From: an uncultured Candidatus Rokubacteria bacterium
GTDB taxonomy: Bacteria > Methylomirabilota > Methylomirabilia > Rokubacteriales > CSP1-6
Assembly: GCA_963754315.1 (NCBI GenBank)
Contig: CAVWFS010000007.1
Coordinates: forward strand, 32,001-96,000
Direction of reading: 5' to 3'
DNA: 64,000 bases
Under the pieces are notes generated by a model. The model was not told the DNA's origin. It ran no database searches and saw only the letters and a list, made by a program, of their open reading frames with translations. Shown here piece after piece: positions 26,520 through 37,359 of the stretch (positions within the stretch are counted from its first letter, which is position 1; each line of letters opens with the position of its first letter). Both the position numbers and the translations under genes were made by a program.

Positions 26520-28873
26520 ATGAAACCGCCGCTGACCACCCTGGACCGTTACCTCGTGCGGGAGCTGGTCGGGCCCTTCTTGATCAGCGTCGTCCTGTTC
26601 ACGTTCTTCTTTCTTATCGACCGTATCTACCATCTGACCGATCTCGTTATTACCAAGGGTGTCCCCTTCTACCTCGTCCTGCAACTGCTCGTGTACATCC
26701 TGCCCTCCTTCCTGGCCCTCACCCTGCCTATGGCCCTCCTGCTGGCCGTGCTGCTGGCGGGTGGACGCCTGGCGGGCGACCTCGAGATCGTGGCCTGCCA
26801 GGCGGCGGGTGTCGGTCCCGGGCGGATGTTCCGCCCGGTCCTGCTGGCGGCGATGGTGGTGGCACTCACCGGAGCCCTGTTCACCATGGTCCTAGTCCCG
26901 GTCGCTGGTCAGGAGTTCCAACGCCAGCTCTTCAAGATCCTCCAGACGCGAGCGGTGAGCGGCATCAAGGAACGGATCTTCAACTCGACGTTTCCGGGCA
27001 TCACGATCTACGTGGAGGAGGTCAGCGCCTCTCAGGTCGCCCTCCGCGGCGTGCTCCTCGCCGACGAGCGGAATCCCAAGCTATCGCGGATCATCACCGC
27101 CCGCGAAGGCCGTCTCTTGACTGACGAGGCAAGCCGGCTCATCACCTTGCGCTTGATCGACGGGGCCGTGAACGAGACGGACGTGATGCCACACGTCATC
27201 GAAGCCACCGAGGTGCCGGCCCCCAGTGGCTCGGCCAGCGCCGACCGGTACCGCTACGCGCGCTTCGCCGTGTACGACATGACACTTCCGCTCGACTCGC
27301 CTCTGGGACCGCTTCGCGACGAGAAGCCGGAGAAGAACCTCTCGTATACCGCCCTCTCCGCGAAGCTCGAGGAACTTCGGAACGACCCTCTCGCGCGGGC
27401 CCCCTTCCTGGTGGAGTGGCACAAGCGCATGCCTTGCCGGTGGCGGCGGTGGTGTTCGCGATCCTAGGCTTCCCTCTGGCCATTCGCTCGCATCGCGGTG
27501 GGCGCAGCATCGCCCTGGTTGGCAGCCTGGTGATTCTGGTCTTCTATTACATCCTGTTGACCTCTCTGGAGGGGGCGGCTCTGCGCCTGCGGTTGCCCGC
27601 CGCGCTGGCCCTATGGGCCCCCAACCTCCTCTTCGGCGGAGTCGGTCTTGCCCTGCTCCTCGTCACGGCCCGCCCCCAGCACGGGCTGCGGCTGACCGTG
27701 CTCTGGCGCCTGCTGGCGGTGGTGTGGGCGCGCCTGCCGCGCCGCCCTGTTCTGCTGCGGCTGCGCCGGCGTCCGCTCGAACCGCGCGAGTCGACACACA
27801 TTATCGATCGCTACCTGGTTCAGGAGTTCCTGGGTCTCATCGGGGTCGGGCTGGCGGTGGCGGCCGCCCTCTTTGTCGTGATCGATCTCATCCAGGATCT
27901 CGACCGCTATCTGCGCGTGAAGCCCTCCCTCGTGCACATCCTCGAGCATTTCGTCTACCGGATGCCCGCCGAGGTGTACAAGGCAATGCCCATCGTGATG
28001 CTCGTCGCCACGATCTTTCTCTTCCTCGGTCTCTCCCGCTACCACGAATTGACGGCGCTCAAGGCGGCCGGCGTCAGCCTGTACCGGGTGAGCGCACCGA
28101 TTCTCGTGCTGGCGTCCCTGGCGGCAGTGGCGGCCGGCGGCTTCCAGGAGCTGGTGCTTCCCAAGCTCAACGAGCTCGGTGACGAGGTCGACCGCATCAA
28201 GATTCGCGGTCAGCAACCGCGTCACCTCCAGACGCGGACGCGCTTATGGCTCCGCAGCGCCGACTCGCGTTTCTACCGGGTCGAACTGCTCGCGCCTGGA
28301 ACGAGCGATCTCTACGGTATGACCGTGCTCGAGGTCGATCGCAATTTTCGACTCCAGCACCGGCTCGACGCTCGGCGGGCGCACTGGGGCCGGCGGGGCT
28401 GGGAACTGAACGACGGAGCTTACCGGGCTATCGTGGCCAACAACCAGGTGGAAACCATCCCGTTCGTGGCCACCGCCATCGAGCTGCCTGAAACCATCGA
28501 AGAGTTCACGCAGATCCAAAAGCCGACCTCGGCGATGAGTTACCGGGAGCTAAGCGACTACGTGGCTCGGCTGCAGGCCGCGGGATTTCAGGTGCGCAAG
28601 GACCTGGTCGACTTGTACGCCAAGCTCTCATCACCCCTCGAGAATCTGATCATGGTCTTGATCGCCATCCCGTTCGCCGTGCAGTCTTCGCGGGGAGGCC
28701 GCCTGTTCGGAGTGGGGCTGGCCATCGCCATCATGGGCGGATACCTCCTGGTCGACCGCGCTGCCCTCGCCTTCTCGCGCGCGGAGTTGTTGCCACCCTT
28801 GCTCGGAGCGTGGACGGCGAACGTCATCTTTCTCGGGCTCGGCACCGCCTTGTTCGTTCGCGCCAGGACTTGA
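26520..28873 (+). CDS. lptF: Fused LptF-LptG LPS export permease; 1-nt frameshift near 27428
   Basis: First ORF is LptF-like (TLDRYLVREL...EWHKR). The second frame continues HALPVAAVVFAILGFPL...LWAPN and then, with no stop, a complete second permease unit (IIDRYLVQEFL...LSRYHELTALKAAGVS...PLLGAWTAN). Confidence 0.85.
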
Positions 28874-29222
28874 TTATCATGGGGGGCCTCGACGGCCCCC
28901 CAAACCCCCCGGCGCTCGGGACGCCCCGGGGAACCCGTGGCGCCCCTCGGGATCACGCGTGGTGTTGGGGGCCTCGACGGGACTTGATTATCATGGGGGG
29001 CCTCGACGGCCCCCCAAACCCCCCGGCGCTCGGGACGCCCCGGGGAACCCGTGGCGCCCCTCGGGATCACGCGTGGTGTTGGGGGCCTCGACGGGACTCG
29101 ATTATCATGGGGGGCCTCGACGGCCCCCCAAACCCCCCGGCGCTCGGGACGCCCCGGGGAACCCGTGGCGCCCCTCGGGATCACGCGTGCGTGTTGGGGC
29201 GCCGACGGCCCTCCAACCCCCA
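28866..29222 (+). repeat. Tandem array of ~2.9 x 114-bp units of a two-hairpin palindromic (REP-like) element
   Basis: Units start at 28866, 28980 and 29094 and are nearly identical. Each has GGGGGGCC-TCGAC-GGCCCCCC and GGGACGCCCCGGG-GAA-CCCGTGGCGCCCC stems. A degenerate hairpin-1 ends the array. Confidence 0.95.
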
Positions 29223-29244
29223 GCGGTCCTGCAGGCGACGGGGC

Positions 29245-31965
29245 TCAGGGGCTGCGGCGGGGGTCGGCGAGGGCGCGGAGGGTTTCTTCGAGTTGCTTTT
29301 GCTCGGAGCCGTAAGCGCTCCAGTCGCCGCGACGGAGCGCTTCCTGGGCCCGGTTCCAGATCTCCAAGGCGCGCTGTGCGAGGGGAGCCATGCCAGGGAC
29401 CGATTCGCGGGCGGCCGGCGGGGTCAGGGCGGCGGCCCCCGGCGTCGGCCGCCCGCCGAAGATGCGGGCCAGTGACTGCTCGAGGGTGGGCTCCATGGCG
29501 ATCTGGTTCGCATAGGCCACGACGACACGGCGTAACTCTGGCAGAGCCCCCTGCTCAGCGGCCGCCAGATAGAGCGGCTGGACGTAGATGAGTGATTGGT
29601 CGATCGGAATGGCTAGAAGCGAGCCGCGAATGGCCGTGGAGCCTCGCTGGTTCCAGAGAGCCAACTGCTGTGAGATGACAGGATCCTGGTCGATGCGCGC
29701 ATCGATTTGGCGCGGACCGTACACCAGCTTCTGCTTGGGGAAGTTGTAGACGATCAGGCGGCCATAGTTCGGCGGATCCGAGCGGGCGGCGAGCCAGGCG
29801 ATCATGTTGTCGCGCCGGGCCGGGTTGAAGAGGGTCAGCAGGATGAATTCCTCCCGCTTTTCTTCGGGCAGCCGCATGATCGTGTAGTAGGGCTCCATCT
29901 CGCGATCCCGCCCCTCGATCGTCCGGCGCGGGATCGCCCACAGGTCCTCCTTGTTGTAGAAGACCTGGGGATCTTCCATGTGGTAGACGGCGTATTTCCG
30001 CGCCTGAATGCTGAAGAAGTCCTCCGGATACCGGATGTGCGGGTGCAGATCCTCCGGCATGCGCTCCAGTGGCTGCAGCAAGCCGGGGAAGCTCTGGGCA
30101 TAGACGCGGACGATGGGATCAGACGGATCCGCCACATAGAAGCTCACGGTGCCGTCGTAGGCGTCCGCGACGACCTTGAGCGAGTTCCGAATGTAGTTGC
30201 CCGTCCACTCGGCAGTGCGGACGGGATCAGAATAGGGGTAGCGGTCAGTGGTAGTGTAGCCGTCGAGCATCCACACCAGGCGCCCATCCTTGGTGACGAC
30301 CATGTAGGGGTCGCGGTCGAAGCGGAAGAAGGGCGTGATCTGGCGAACGCGCTCGACCACCGTCCGGTGAATCATGATACGGCTGTCCTGGGTGACGTCG
30401 TCCGACAGGAGGATCTTGATCTCCCCGAAGCGGATGGCGAAGGCGAGCTTCCGCACGAAGGAGCCGATGGGGATGCCGCCGCGGCCGGTATAGGTCGAGT
30501 AGACGTTCTGATCTCCCGACGGGTAGTCGAGCTCCTGGGAGCGGGTACGGACGAGCACGTACTCGTTGGCAATCTCTCCGTAGTAGATCTGCGGACGCGT
30601 GATGGGCGGAAATCCTCCCGATGAAATGGGCGGGATATCCTTCACCACGAACTCGGGAAGACCCTCGGCGGTCACCCGACTCACGGGACCCACCACCGCC
30701 CCGTAGCCGTGGGTGAAGGTGAGGTGCTCGTTGATCCAGATACGCGATTGCAGGTGCGGATACGACAGCTCGCGCGGCGATAGCATCAGCTGACGGTACT
30801 CGCCGTTGAGGGTGTAGCGGTCGTTGTCGACGTCCACGAACTTGTAGTACGTTCGGATCTCCTGCAGCTGGCCGAAGGTCCGCAGGAGGGGCCGGTGATC
30901 CCACAGGCGGATGTTCTTGATGGTGGCTTCATTGCGCTCGATGGCCCGCGCGTCGAGGTTGTCCGGGGCCGGGAACTCTTTCTCCACGACGCGGTCAAGA
31001 CCGTAGGCTTTCCGCGTCATCCGGATGTTATGAAGGATGAAGGGCCGCTCTGCTTCGAGCTCGTTCGGGGTGACCCGCAGGCGCTGCAGGAGGGCTGGAT
31101 AGATCCCGAGTCCCCCGATCCACACGACTCCCAGCACGACCAGTCCCGCCAGCACGAGGCGCAACCCGGGTCGGGCGATCTGCACGAGACAGGCGACGGC
31201 GCTCAGGGTCGCGAGCACGCCCAGGACACCGAGGGCCGGTAGCGAGGCGTGAATGTCGGTATACGTCGCGCCCGCCACGATCCCCCGCGGCGAGTAGAGA
31301 AGCTCGAAGCGGTCAAGCCAGAAGCCTACCGCCCGCAGGAGGAGGAGGAGAGCGGCCAGGACGAGCAGGTGCGTACGCGCCCCCGCCGCCAGCCGCGGCC
31401 CCCGGGTGGTGAGTACGAGGCTGCGCTGGAGCACATACACCACGAAGGTCAAGAGCAGAGTGGCCGCGACCAGGGCCACGCTCCACCCATAGATGAGACG
31501 CCAGAAAGGCAGGGTGAAGACGAAGAACCCCAAGTCGTATCCGAAGAGGGGATCGACGCTCCCGAATGGCTGCGCGTTCAGATAGGCGAGAAGGGTTTCC
31601 CAGTGGGCGGTGGCGCGTAAGCCCGAACCAAGCGAGATGAGCGCGATCACCACCGGCAGAAAGCGCCGGATAAGCGGTTCGATCACCACTCGCCCCGGCA
31701 GGCCGAGCTGGTCTTCCAGCTCCCACAAGACATCGGGCGCCGAGGTCCGCACGGCGAAGGTCAGGTTGGCATACAGAAAGACCATCACGGCCAGGGCCAC
31801 TGCCAGGAAAAGCGTGCCCTTCAGGGAGAGGGACTTTGTGAATACCTGAAGGTACCCGACCTCCTCGAACCAGAGCCACTGGGTGTAGAGGGGTACCGTC
31901 TGGCCCAGGACTGCGAAGGCCAGGAGGGCGATGACGGCAAGGACGATCGGCTGCGGAAATCGCAC
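29245..31965 (-). CDS. UPF0182 family membrane protein
   Basis: WLWFEEVGY, DPLFGYDLGFFVFTLP, NIRLWD, FVDVDNDRY, HLTFTHGYG, NYIRNS, YVQPLYL. Confidence 0.95.
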   Translation of the reverse strand: MRFPQPIVLAVIALLAFAVLGQTVPLYTQWLWFEEVGYLQVFTKSLSLKGTLFLAVALAVMVFLYANLTFAVRTSAPDVLWELEDQLGLPGRVVIEPLIRRFLPVVIALISLGSGLRATAHWETLLAYLNAQPFGSVDPLFGYDLGFFVFTLPFWRLIYGWSVALVAATLLLTFVVYVLQRSLVLTTRGPRLAAGARTHLLVLAALLLLLRAVGFWLDRFELLYSPRGIVAGATYTDIHASLPALGVLGVLATLSAVACLVQIARPGLRLVLAGLVVLGVVWIGGLGIYPALLQRLRVTPNELEAERPFILHNIRMTRKAYGLDRVVEKEFPAPDNLDARAIERNEATIKNIRLWDHRPLLRTFGQLQEIRTYYKFVDVDNDRYTLNGEYRQLMLSPRELSYPHLQSRIWINEHLTFTHGYGAVVGPVSRVTAEGLPEFVVKDIPPISSGGFPPITRPQIYYGEIANEYVLVRTRSQELDYPSGDQNVYSTYTGRGGIPIGSFVRKLAFAIRFGEIKILLSDDVTQDSRIMIHRTVVERVRQITPFFRFDRDPYMVVTKDGRLVWMLDGYTTTDRYPYSDPVRTAEWTGNYIRNSLKVVADAYDGTVSFYVADPSDPIVRVYAQSFPGLLQPLERMPEDLHPHIRYPEDFFSIQARKYAVYHMEDPQVFYNKEDLWAIPRRTIEGRDREMEPYYTIMRLPEEKREEFILLTLFNPARRDNMIAWLAARSDPPNYGRLIVYNFPKQKLVYGPRQIDARIDQDPVISQQLALWNQRGSTAIRGSLLAIPIDQSLIYVQPLYLAAAEQGALPELRRVVVAYANQIAMEPTLEQSLARIFGGRPTPGAAALTPPAARESVPGMAPLAQRALEIWNRAQEALRRGDWSAYGSEQKQLEETLRALADPRRSP

Positions 31966-31992
31966 GGTGACGTGATTCCGCAGGCCGGGAGG

Positions 31993-33144
31993 TTAGAGGC
32001 CCGCGTCCCCGCGTAGATCCTGGATGCGGTCCGTCCGCTCCCAGGCGAACTCGGGCTCGGAGCGCCCAAAATGTCCGTAGGCGGCGGTCTTCTTATAGAT
32101 GGGTCGGCGCAGGTTCAGGTACTTGATGATGCCGGCCGGCGTGAAGTCGAAGTGGCGTCTGACGAGCCCTTCCAGGACCAGATCCGGGGCCTTCCCCGTC
32201 CCGAACGTCTCGACCATGATGGATACGGGCTCAGCGACCCCGATGGCATAGGCCACCTGGATCATCACGCGCTCGGCCAGCTCTGCCGCCACCAGGTTCT
32301 TGGCCACGTGGCGGGCCATGTAGCAGGCGGAGCGGTCGACCTTTGTGGGGTCCTTGCCGGAGAAGGCTCCCCCTCCGTGTGGGCACGAGCCGCCGTAGGT
32401 GTCGACGATGATCTTGCGGCCGGTGAGGCCGGTGTCGCCCATGGGCCCGCCGGTGACGAAGCGGCCCGTGGGATTGACGTGGAACACGCACTGGGCGCGA
32501 TCGAGGAGGTGGGCGGGTACGGTGGGCATGATGACGTGTTCGATGACGTCCTCACGGATGCGCGCTGCCGTGGCCTCCGGCGCATGCTGGGTGGAGATCA
32601 CCACCGTCTCAACCGACACCGGTTGCCGGTCGACGTAGCGCACCGAAACCTGCGACTTGCCGTCCGGCCGCAGGTAGGGCAGCTGCCCGTTCTTGCGCAC
32701 CTCGCTGAGACGCATGACAAGCTTGTGGGCGAGCGTGATGGGCAGCGGCATCAGCTCGGCTGTCTCGCGGCAGGCGTACCCGAACATCAGCCCCTGATCA
32801 CCCGCGCCGAAATTGTCGACACCCATGGCGATATCGGAGGACTGCTTGTCAATCGAGGTCATGATCGCGCACGTCTCGTGGTCGAAGCCAAACTTGGCGC
32901 GGGTATATCCGACCTCCCGGATCGTGTCGCGGGCGATGCGGGGTATGTCCGCGTAACAAGACGTGGTGATCTCCCCTGCCACCATCACGAGCCCGGTCGT
33001 CACCAGCGATTCGCAGGCCACCCGAGCCGTGGGATCCTGGGCGATGATCGCGTCCAGAACCGCGTCGGAGATCTGGTCGGCTATCTTATCGGGGTGACCT
33101 TCGGTGACCGACTCCGACGTGAACAGGTACTGATCCCGCGCCAT
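31993..33144 (-). CDS. metK: S-adenosylmethionine synthetase
   Basis: [52 protein letters not shown]. Confidence 0.98.
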   Translation of the reverse strand: MARDQYLFTSESVTEGHPDKIADQISDAVLDAIIAQDPTARVACESLVTTGLVMVAGEITTSCYADIPRIARDTIREVGYTRAKFGFDHETCAIMTSIDKQSSDIAMGVDNFGAGDQGLMFGYACRETAELMPLPITLAHKLVMRLSEVRKNGQLPYLRPDGKSQVSVRYVDRQPVSVETVVISTQHAPEATAARIREDVIEHVIMPTVPAHLLDRAQCVFHVNPTGRFVTGGPMGDTGLTGRKIIVDTYGGSCPHGGGAFSGKDPTKVDRSACYMARHVAKNLVAAELAERVMIQVAYAIGVAEPVSIMVETFGTGKAPDLVLEGLVRRHFDFTPAGIIKYLNLRRPIYKKTAAYGHFGRSEPEFAWERTDRIQDLRGDAGL

Positions 33145-33215
33145 TCGCGCTCCTCCTGGGGATGTCTGGCAACTCGGCACAGCCCGGCAAGTCTAGCACG
33201 CGCGCCGGCGCGCTC

Positions 33216-34261
33216 TCAAGGCACCAGGCGGGCCTTGAGCGCGTCGAGGAGCGGGATGGGCCAAGGATCCCGCCCACCGAGCATGGCGAGATAGTAGCTC
33301 GTCCACTGACCCAAGTAGGCGAGCGAAATGAGGCGAGCCAAGCGTCCCTTTCCTCGAGTCCACACCTCGAGCACCGCCCCCCCTGCGCCTGGCGCGATCA
33401 GATCCCGCAGGATGGCAAAGCGGCGCGCGATGGCCGGGGACTCTTCGTCATCGCGGAGGAGGATCGCCTGGATCTCCCGTGCCCGTTCTCCCTGCCAGGC
33501 CTCGATCTCGTTGTGGTTCATCTCCGGCACCACGCCCGTGAGGGCGAACAACTTGGCGTTTTCCGCGAAGTCGGTCTTCCAGCGGTACACGGCGGCTTGG
33601 GTGGTCGGACCCCCATACAAAGCCGGAATCCTGTCCCCGATGGCCAAGGCGAGACGCTTGGCCTCGTTGCCCTCTACGGGCTCGGCCGGCCCGAGTTCGC
33701 GAGCCAAGGTTTCGATCACGTCGACCGCTTCCCCGACCTCGTCCACAGAAGCCAAGGGGAGCCCGACCTGGGCGAGCACGGTAAGGAGCGGAAAGAAGAG
33801 GTACCCCAAGGCCATCCGCGGCATGAGCCCCCCGGCAGTAACACCCTCGGTGCGCCATGACGCTCGGCGAGGCGCCCTAACGTCCCACCGGTTGTGACGA
33901 CGACCAGGCCGTGTCCCCGCTCGAGAGCCCTCTCGGCCGCCGAGAGGGTCTCGACGGTTTCTCCCGAGTAGGACGAGGCAATGACCAGTGTGTCAGCGGG
34001 GGCCGCCGGAAGGCCGTATCCCCTGTGCACAAGGAGCGGAACGCGCAGGGTGTCAGCGGCGCGCGCCGCGAGGAGATCTCCACCCGCCGCGGAACCGCCC
34101 ATGCCGGCCACAATGATGGCGCCTGGGGTGGACAAGGGAGGGCCGCCGGCCATTCGCAGGGCCAGAGCTTCCCGACACTGTTCGGGAAAGGCGGCAAGCA
34201 CATCGCGGACGCGGTGCTCGTCGAGGCGCGCCAGCCAGACGAGATCGTCGAGATTTACCAC
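33216..34261 (-). CDS. Bifunctional phosphoglucose/phosphomannose isomerase (archaeal-type, SIS domains); G6 frameshift at 33828-33833
   Basis: AGMGGSAAGG, SSYSGETVET, then in the other frame MPRMALGY, RWKTDFAENAK, PEMNHNEIE; one added G restores PGGLMPR. Confidence 0.88.
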
Positions 34262-34291
34262 ACGCTCCCCTCACGAGGGCCGGGCCCCCTC

Positions 34292-35167
34292 TCACTCACG
34301 CTCGAGGTCCCGATGGGTCACAGTGGCCTCGAAGCCCAACTCGCCGAGGACGCGGCGCAGCTCTTCGACCAGCGCGACCGAGCGGTGGCGGCCACCGGTG
34401 CAGCCAATAGCGACGGTGAGATAGGCCTTGCCCTCGCGCTGATAGGAGGGCAGCAGAAACTCCAGCATCGATCTCAGATGCGCCATGAACCCGAGGGTGG
34501 CCTCCTGCTCGACCACGAACCGGCGAACACGCTCGTCCCGTCCGTCGAGCGGCCGCAACTCGTCCACGAAGTGCGGATTGGGGAGAAAGCGCACGTCGAA
34601 CACGAGATCGGCATCCACGGGGAGACCATGCTTGAACCCGAAGGAGACGAGAGAGGTGGCCAGACCCATCCGGGCGGCGGGGACCACGTACAGGTCGGCC
34701 AGCCGCGCCTTGAGCTGATGCACGGTAAGCCCGGAGGTGTCGATGATCCGATCGGCGATCTCCCGTAGATGGGCCATGGCCTTCCGCTCGGCGCGAATGG
34801 CCTCCAGCACGCTGCGATTCTCGTCCCCGAGAGGGTGGCGACGCCGTGTTTCGTGGAATCGGCGGACGAGCGCGTCCTCGTGCGACTCCAAGAAGAGCAC
34901 CTCCACTCGATGGCCGCGGGCCTTGACCTCATCGAGCGCCTCGAGCAGGTGCGAGAAGTACTCCCCTTCCCTGACATCCACGCCGAGGGCGACCCGGGAA
35001 CCGGGCCGGGGGGATCGGGCGACCAGATCGGCAAAGGTCGGGATGAGGGTGGTGGGGAGATTGTCTACGCAGAAGAAACCCATGTCCTCGAAGCACTTGA
35101 TGGCGTTGCTCTTGCCAGCGCCACTGAGGCCAGTGATCACGACGAAGGAGACGGCCGTGGTCTCCAC
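34292..35167 (-). CDS. rapZ: RNase adapter / P-loop NTPase RapZ (YvcJ)
   Basis: ITGLSGAGKS, FCVDNLP, ETRRRHPL, SFGFKHG, DVRFLPNPH, GCTGGRHRSV. Confidence 0.96.
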   Translation of the reverse strand: METTAVSFVVITGLSGAGKSNAIKCFEDMGFFCVDNLPTTLIPTFADLVARSPRPGSRVALGVDVREGEYFSHLLEALDEVKARGHRVEVLFLESHEDALVRRFHETRRRHPLGDENRSVLEAIRAERKAMAHLREIADRIIDTSGLTVHQLKARLADLYVVPAARMGLATSLVSFGFKHGLPVDADLVFDVRFLPNPHFVDELRPLDGRDERVRRFVVEQEATLGFMAHLRSMLEFLLPSYQREGKAYLTVAIGCTGGRHRSVALVEELRRVLGELGFEATVTHRDLERE

Positions 35168-35170
35168 GAC

Positions 35171-36607
35171 TCACTTCCGCGGCAGCAGTCGCCGCTGATG
35201 CGAGGGCAGGATCCCCAGCTCCTCCCGGTACTTGGCCACCGTACGACGGGCGATGGTGAGCCCGCGCCCTTTCAGGTAGTGCGCGATCTCCTGATCGGAC
35301 AAGGGCTTGGCGGCATCCTCGGTAGCCAGATGATCCTGAATCATCTTCTTGACTGAGACCGAGGACACCATCTCGCCGCCACCGCCGGCGATGCCGCTAT
35401 GAAAGAAGTATTTCAGCTCGAACAGCCCCTGCGGCGTCTCCACGTACTTGTTGGTGGTCACGCGGCTGATGGTGGACTCGTGCATGTGGATGTCCTCGCC
35501 GACATCGCGGAGCGAGAGGGGGCGCAGATGCGCGATGCCGCGGTCCAGGAAGTCGCGCTGGAACTTCACGATGGACTGGGTGACCTTGCGCAAGGTGCGC
35601 TGACGCTGATCCACGCTCTTGATGAGCCACTCCGCCGAGCGAAGCTTCTGGACGACGTACTGACGGGCATCGTCGTCGCCCGAGCCCCGCAGAAGCGAGC
35701 GATACAGCGCGTTCACCCGCAAGCGGGGGATCCCTTCCTCGTTGAGGATGACCGAATATTCGCCCCCGACCTTCTGCACGACGACGTCGGGCACGATATA
35801 GCGCGAGTCGCTCCCCCCGAAGCGCCGACCCGGCTTGGGCTCGAGGGCCATGATCTCCTCGATGGCTTCCATCACCCGGTCGAGAGGGCGCTTGAGCGCG
35901 CGCGCGATGTCCGCGTAGCGGCGCTTGCTGAGGGCGTCGAAGTGCTCCTCCACGATCTCGATGGAGAGCGGGTCTGGCGTGGGATCGGCACGCAGCTGAA
36001 GGAGCAGGCATTCAGAGAGCGAGCGGGCGGCCACCCCGAGAGGGTCGAAGCTCTGCACGAGGGCCAGGACCTGTTCCACGTCCGCCTTCTCCACCTCGCA
36101 CCGTGCGGCAATCTCCTCGACGTTGGCGCGCAAATAGCCATCCTCGTCGAGGTTACCGATGATTTCCTCCCCGATCCGCCGGTGGCGGGGGTCCTCGATG
36201 GCGAAGCGTAGTTGCTCCTCGAGGTGCTCGGTGAGGGACACGGTCGTGCGGGCGAGGTTCTCGAAGGGGAGTTCCTCTCGATCTTCCTGGGCGACCAACG
36301 ACGGCTCCGGACTATCGTCGAACATCACCGCCGTGATGTCGAAGGGCAGCTCGTCTGCCCGTCGGTCGTCAGCCACCGTCGTCTCGGGGCGCGGGGGTTC
36401 GGGTGGGGGACCGGCATTCTCCGCGGGCGTCCCGTCCGGAGTCTCTGGTGTCTCCGGCGTTTCTTCCAGGAGTGGGTTCTCCAGCAACTCCCGCTGCACC
36501 ACTTCCTGGAGCTCGATGGTGGACAGCTGCAGGAGCTGGATCGCCTGCTGCAGGAGGGGCGTCATCACGACGCGCTGGCTCTGCCGCAGGGAAAGTCGGG
36601 TCTCCAT
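35171..36607 (-). CDS. rpoN: RNA polymerase sigma-54 factor
   Basis: MTPLLQQAIQLLQL, MHESTISRVT, RpoN box ARRTVAKYRE. Confidence 0.98.
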   Translation of the reverse strand: METRLSLRQSQRVVMTPLLQQAIQLLQLSTIELQEVVQRELLENPLLEETPETPETPDGTPAENAGPPPEPPRPETTVADDRRADELPFDITAVMFDDSPEPSLVAQEDREELPFENLARTTVSLTEHLEEQLRFAIEDPRHRRIGEEIIGNLDEDGYLRANVEEIAARCEVEKADVEQVLALVQSFDPLGVAARSLSECLLLQLRADPTPDPLSIEIVEEHFDALSKRRYADIARALKRPLDRVMEAIEEIMALEPKPGRRFGGSDSRYIVPDVVVQKVGGEYSVILNEEGIPRLRVNALYRSLLRGSGDDDARQYVVQKLRSAEWLIKSVDQRQRTLRKVTQSIVKFQRDFLDRGIAHLRPLSLRDVGEDIHMHESTISRVTTNKYVETPQGLFELKYFFHSGIAGGGGEMVSSVSVKKMIQDHLATEDAAKPLSDQEIAHYLKGRGLTIARRTVAKYREELGILPSHQRRLLPRK

Positions 36608-36632
36608 GGCTATGCGCGCTACCGCGGGGCGC

Positions 36633-37355
36633 CTACAGCGCGAACCTTTCGCCCAGGTAGATCTCGCGGGCCTTGGCGTTGCTGGTAATTTCGGAGGCGG
36701 TGCCCGAGACCAGGATGGTGCCGTCGTACATGATGTAGGCCCGGTCGGTGATGGCGAGGGTCTCGCGAACGTTGTGGTCGGTGATGAGGATTCCGATGCC
36801 GCGATCGCGCAGCCGATTGATGATCTCCTGGATGTCCCCGATGGCGATCGGGTCGATACCGGTGAAAGGCTCGTCGAGCATCAGGTATTGGGGTGAGGTC
36901 ACCAGCGCCCGGGTGATCTCGAGCCGTCTACGCTCCCCCCCGGACAGGGTATAGGCCGGGTAGGGAGCCAGGGTCGTGAGATTCAATTCGGCCAGGAGGG
37001 TCTGGGCCCGCTCTCGCCGCTCGAGCCCGGAAAGGTCCAAGGTCTCCAAGATGGCGAGCAGGTTCTCGGCGACGGTGAGCTTGCGGAACACCGATGATTC
37101 CTGGGGCAGATACCCGATCCCGAGCCGACAGCGCTGGTACATGGGCATCCCGGTGATCTCCTGCCCTTCCAAGAAGATGTGTCCGCGGTCCACGGGCAAG
37201 AGCCCGACCATCATGTAGAAGGAAGTCGTCTTCCCTGCCCCGTTGGGACCGAGCAAGCCGACCACTTCGCCCCGCTGGATGTCGAGGGAGAGATTGGCCA
37301 CCACCTTGCGGTGCTTGAACCACTTTTCGAGCCCCTGCGCGACCAGCCCCTCCAT
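36633..37355 (-). CDS. lptB: LPS export ABC transporter ATP-binding protein
   Basis: GPNGAGKTT, YLPQESSVFRKLTV, LSGGERRR, DEPFTGIDP, ITDHNVRETL. Confidence 0.96.
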   Translation of the reverse strand: MEGLVAQGLEKWFKHRKVVANLSLDIQRGEVVGLLGPNGAGKTTSFYMMVGLLPVDRGHIFLEGQEITGMPMYQRCRLGIGYLPQESSVFRKLTVAENLLAILETLDLSGLERRERAQTLLAELNLTTLAPYPAYTLSGGERRRLEITRALVTSPQYLMLDEPFTGIDPIAIGDIQEIINRLRDRGIGILITDHNVRETLAITDRAYIMYDGTILVSGTASEITSNAKAREIYLGERFAL

Positions 37356-37359
37356 CGAG

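Noticed and set aside
28866..29222. CRISPR array
   Set aside because: The units are identical end to end with no unique spacers, the period is 114 bp, and no cas genes are present.
28588..29591. Repeat-containing ORFs (28588-29184, 28810-29475, 28959-29591)
   Set aside because: They arise because the 114-bp unit is a multiple of three, and they overlap real genes.
33145..33215. SAM riboswitch upstream of metK
   Set aside because: The spacer is only ~70 nt, contains a -10-like TGcTAGACT, and shows no SAM-I/II core that I can recognise.
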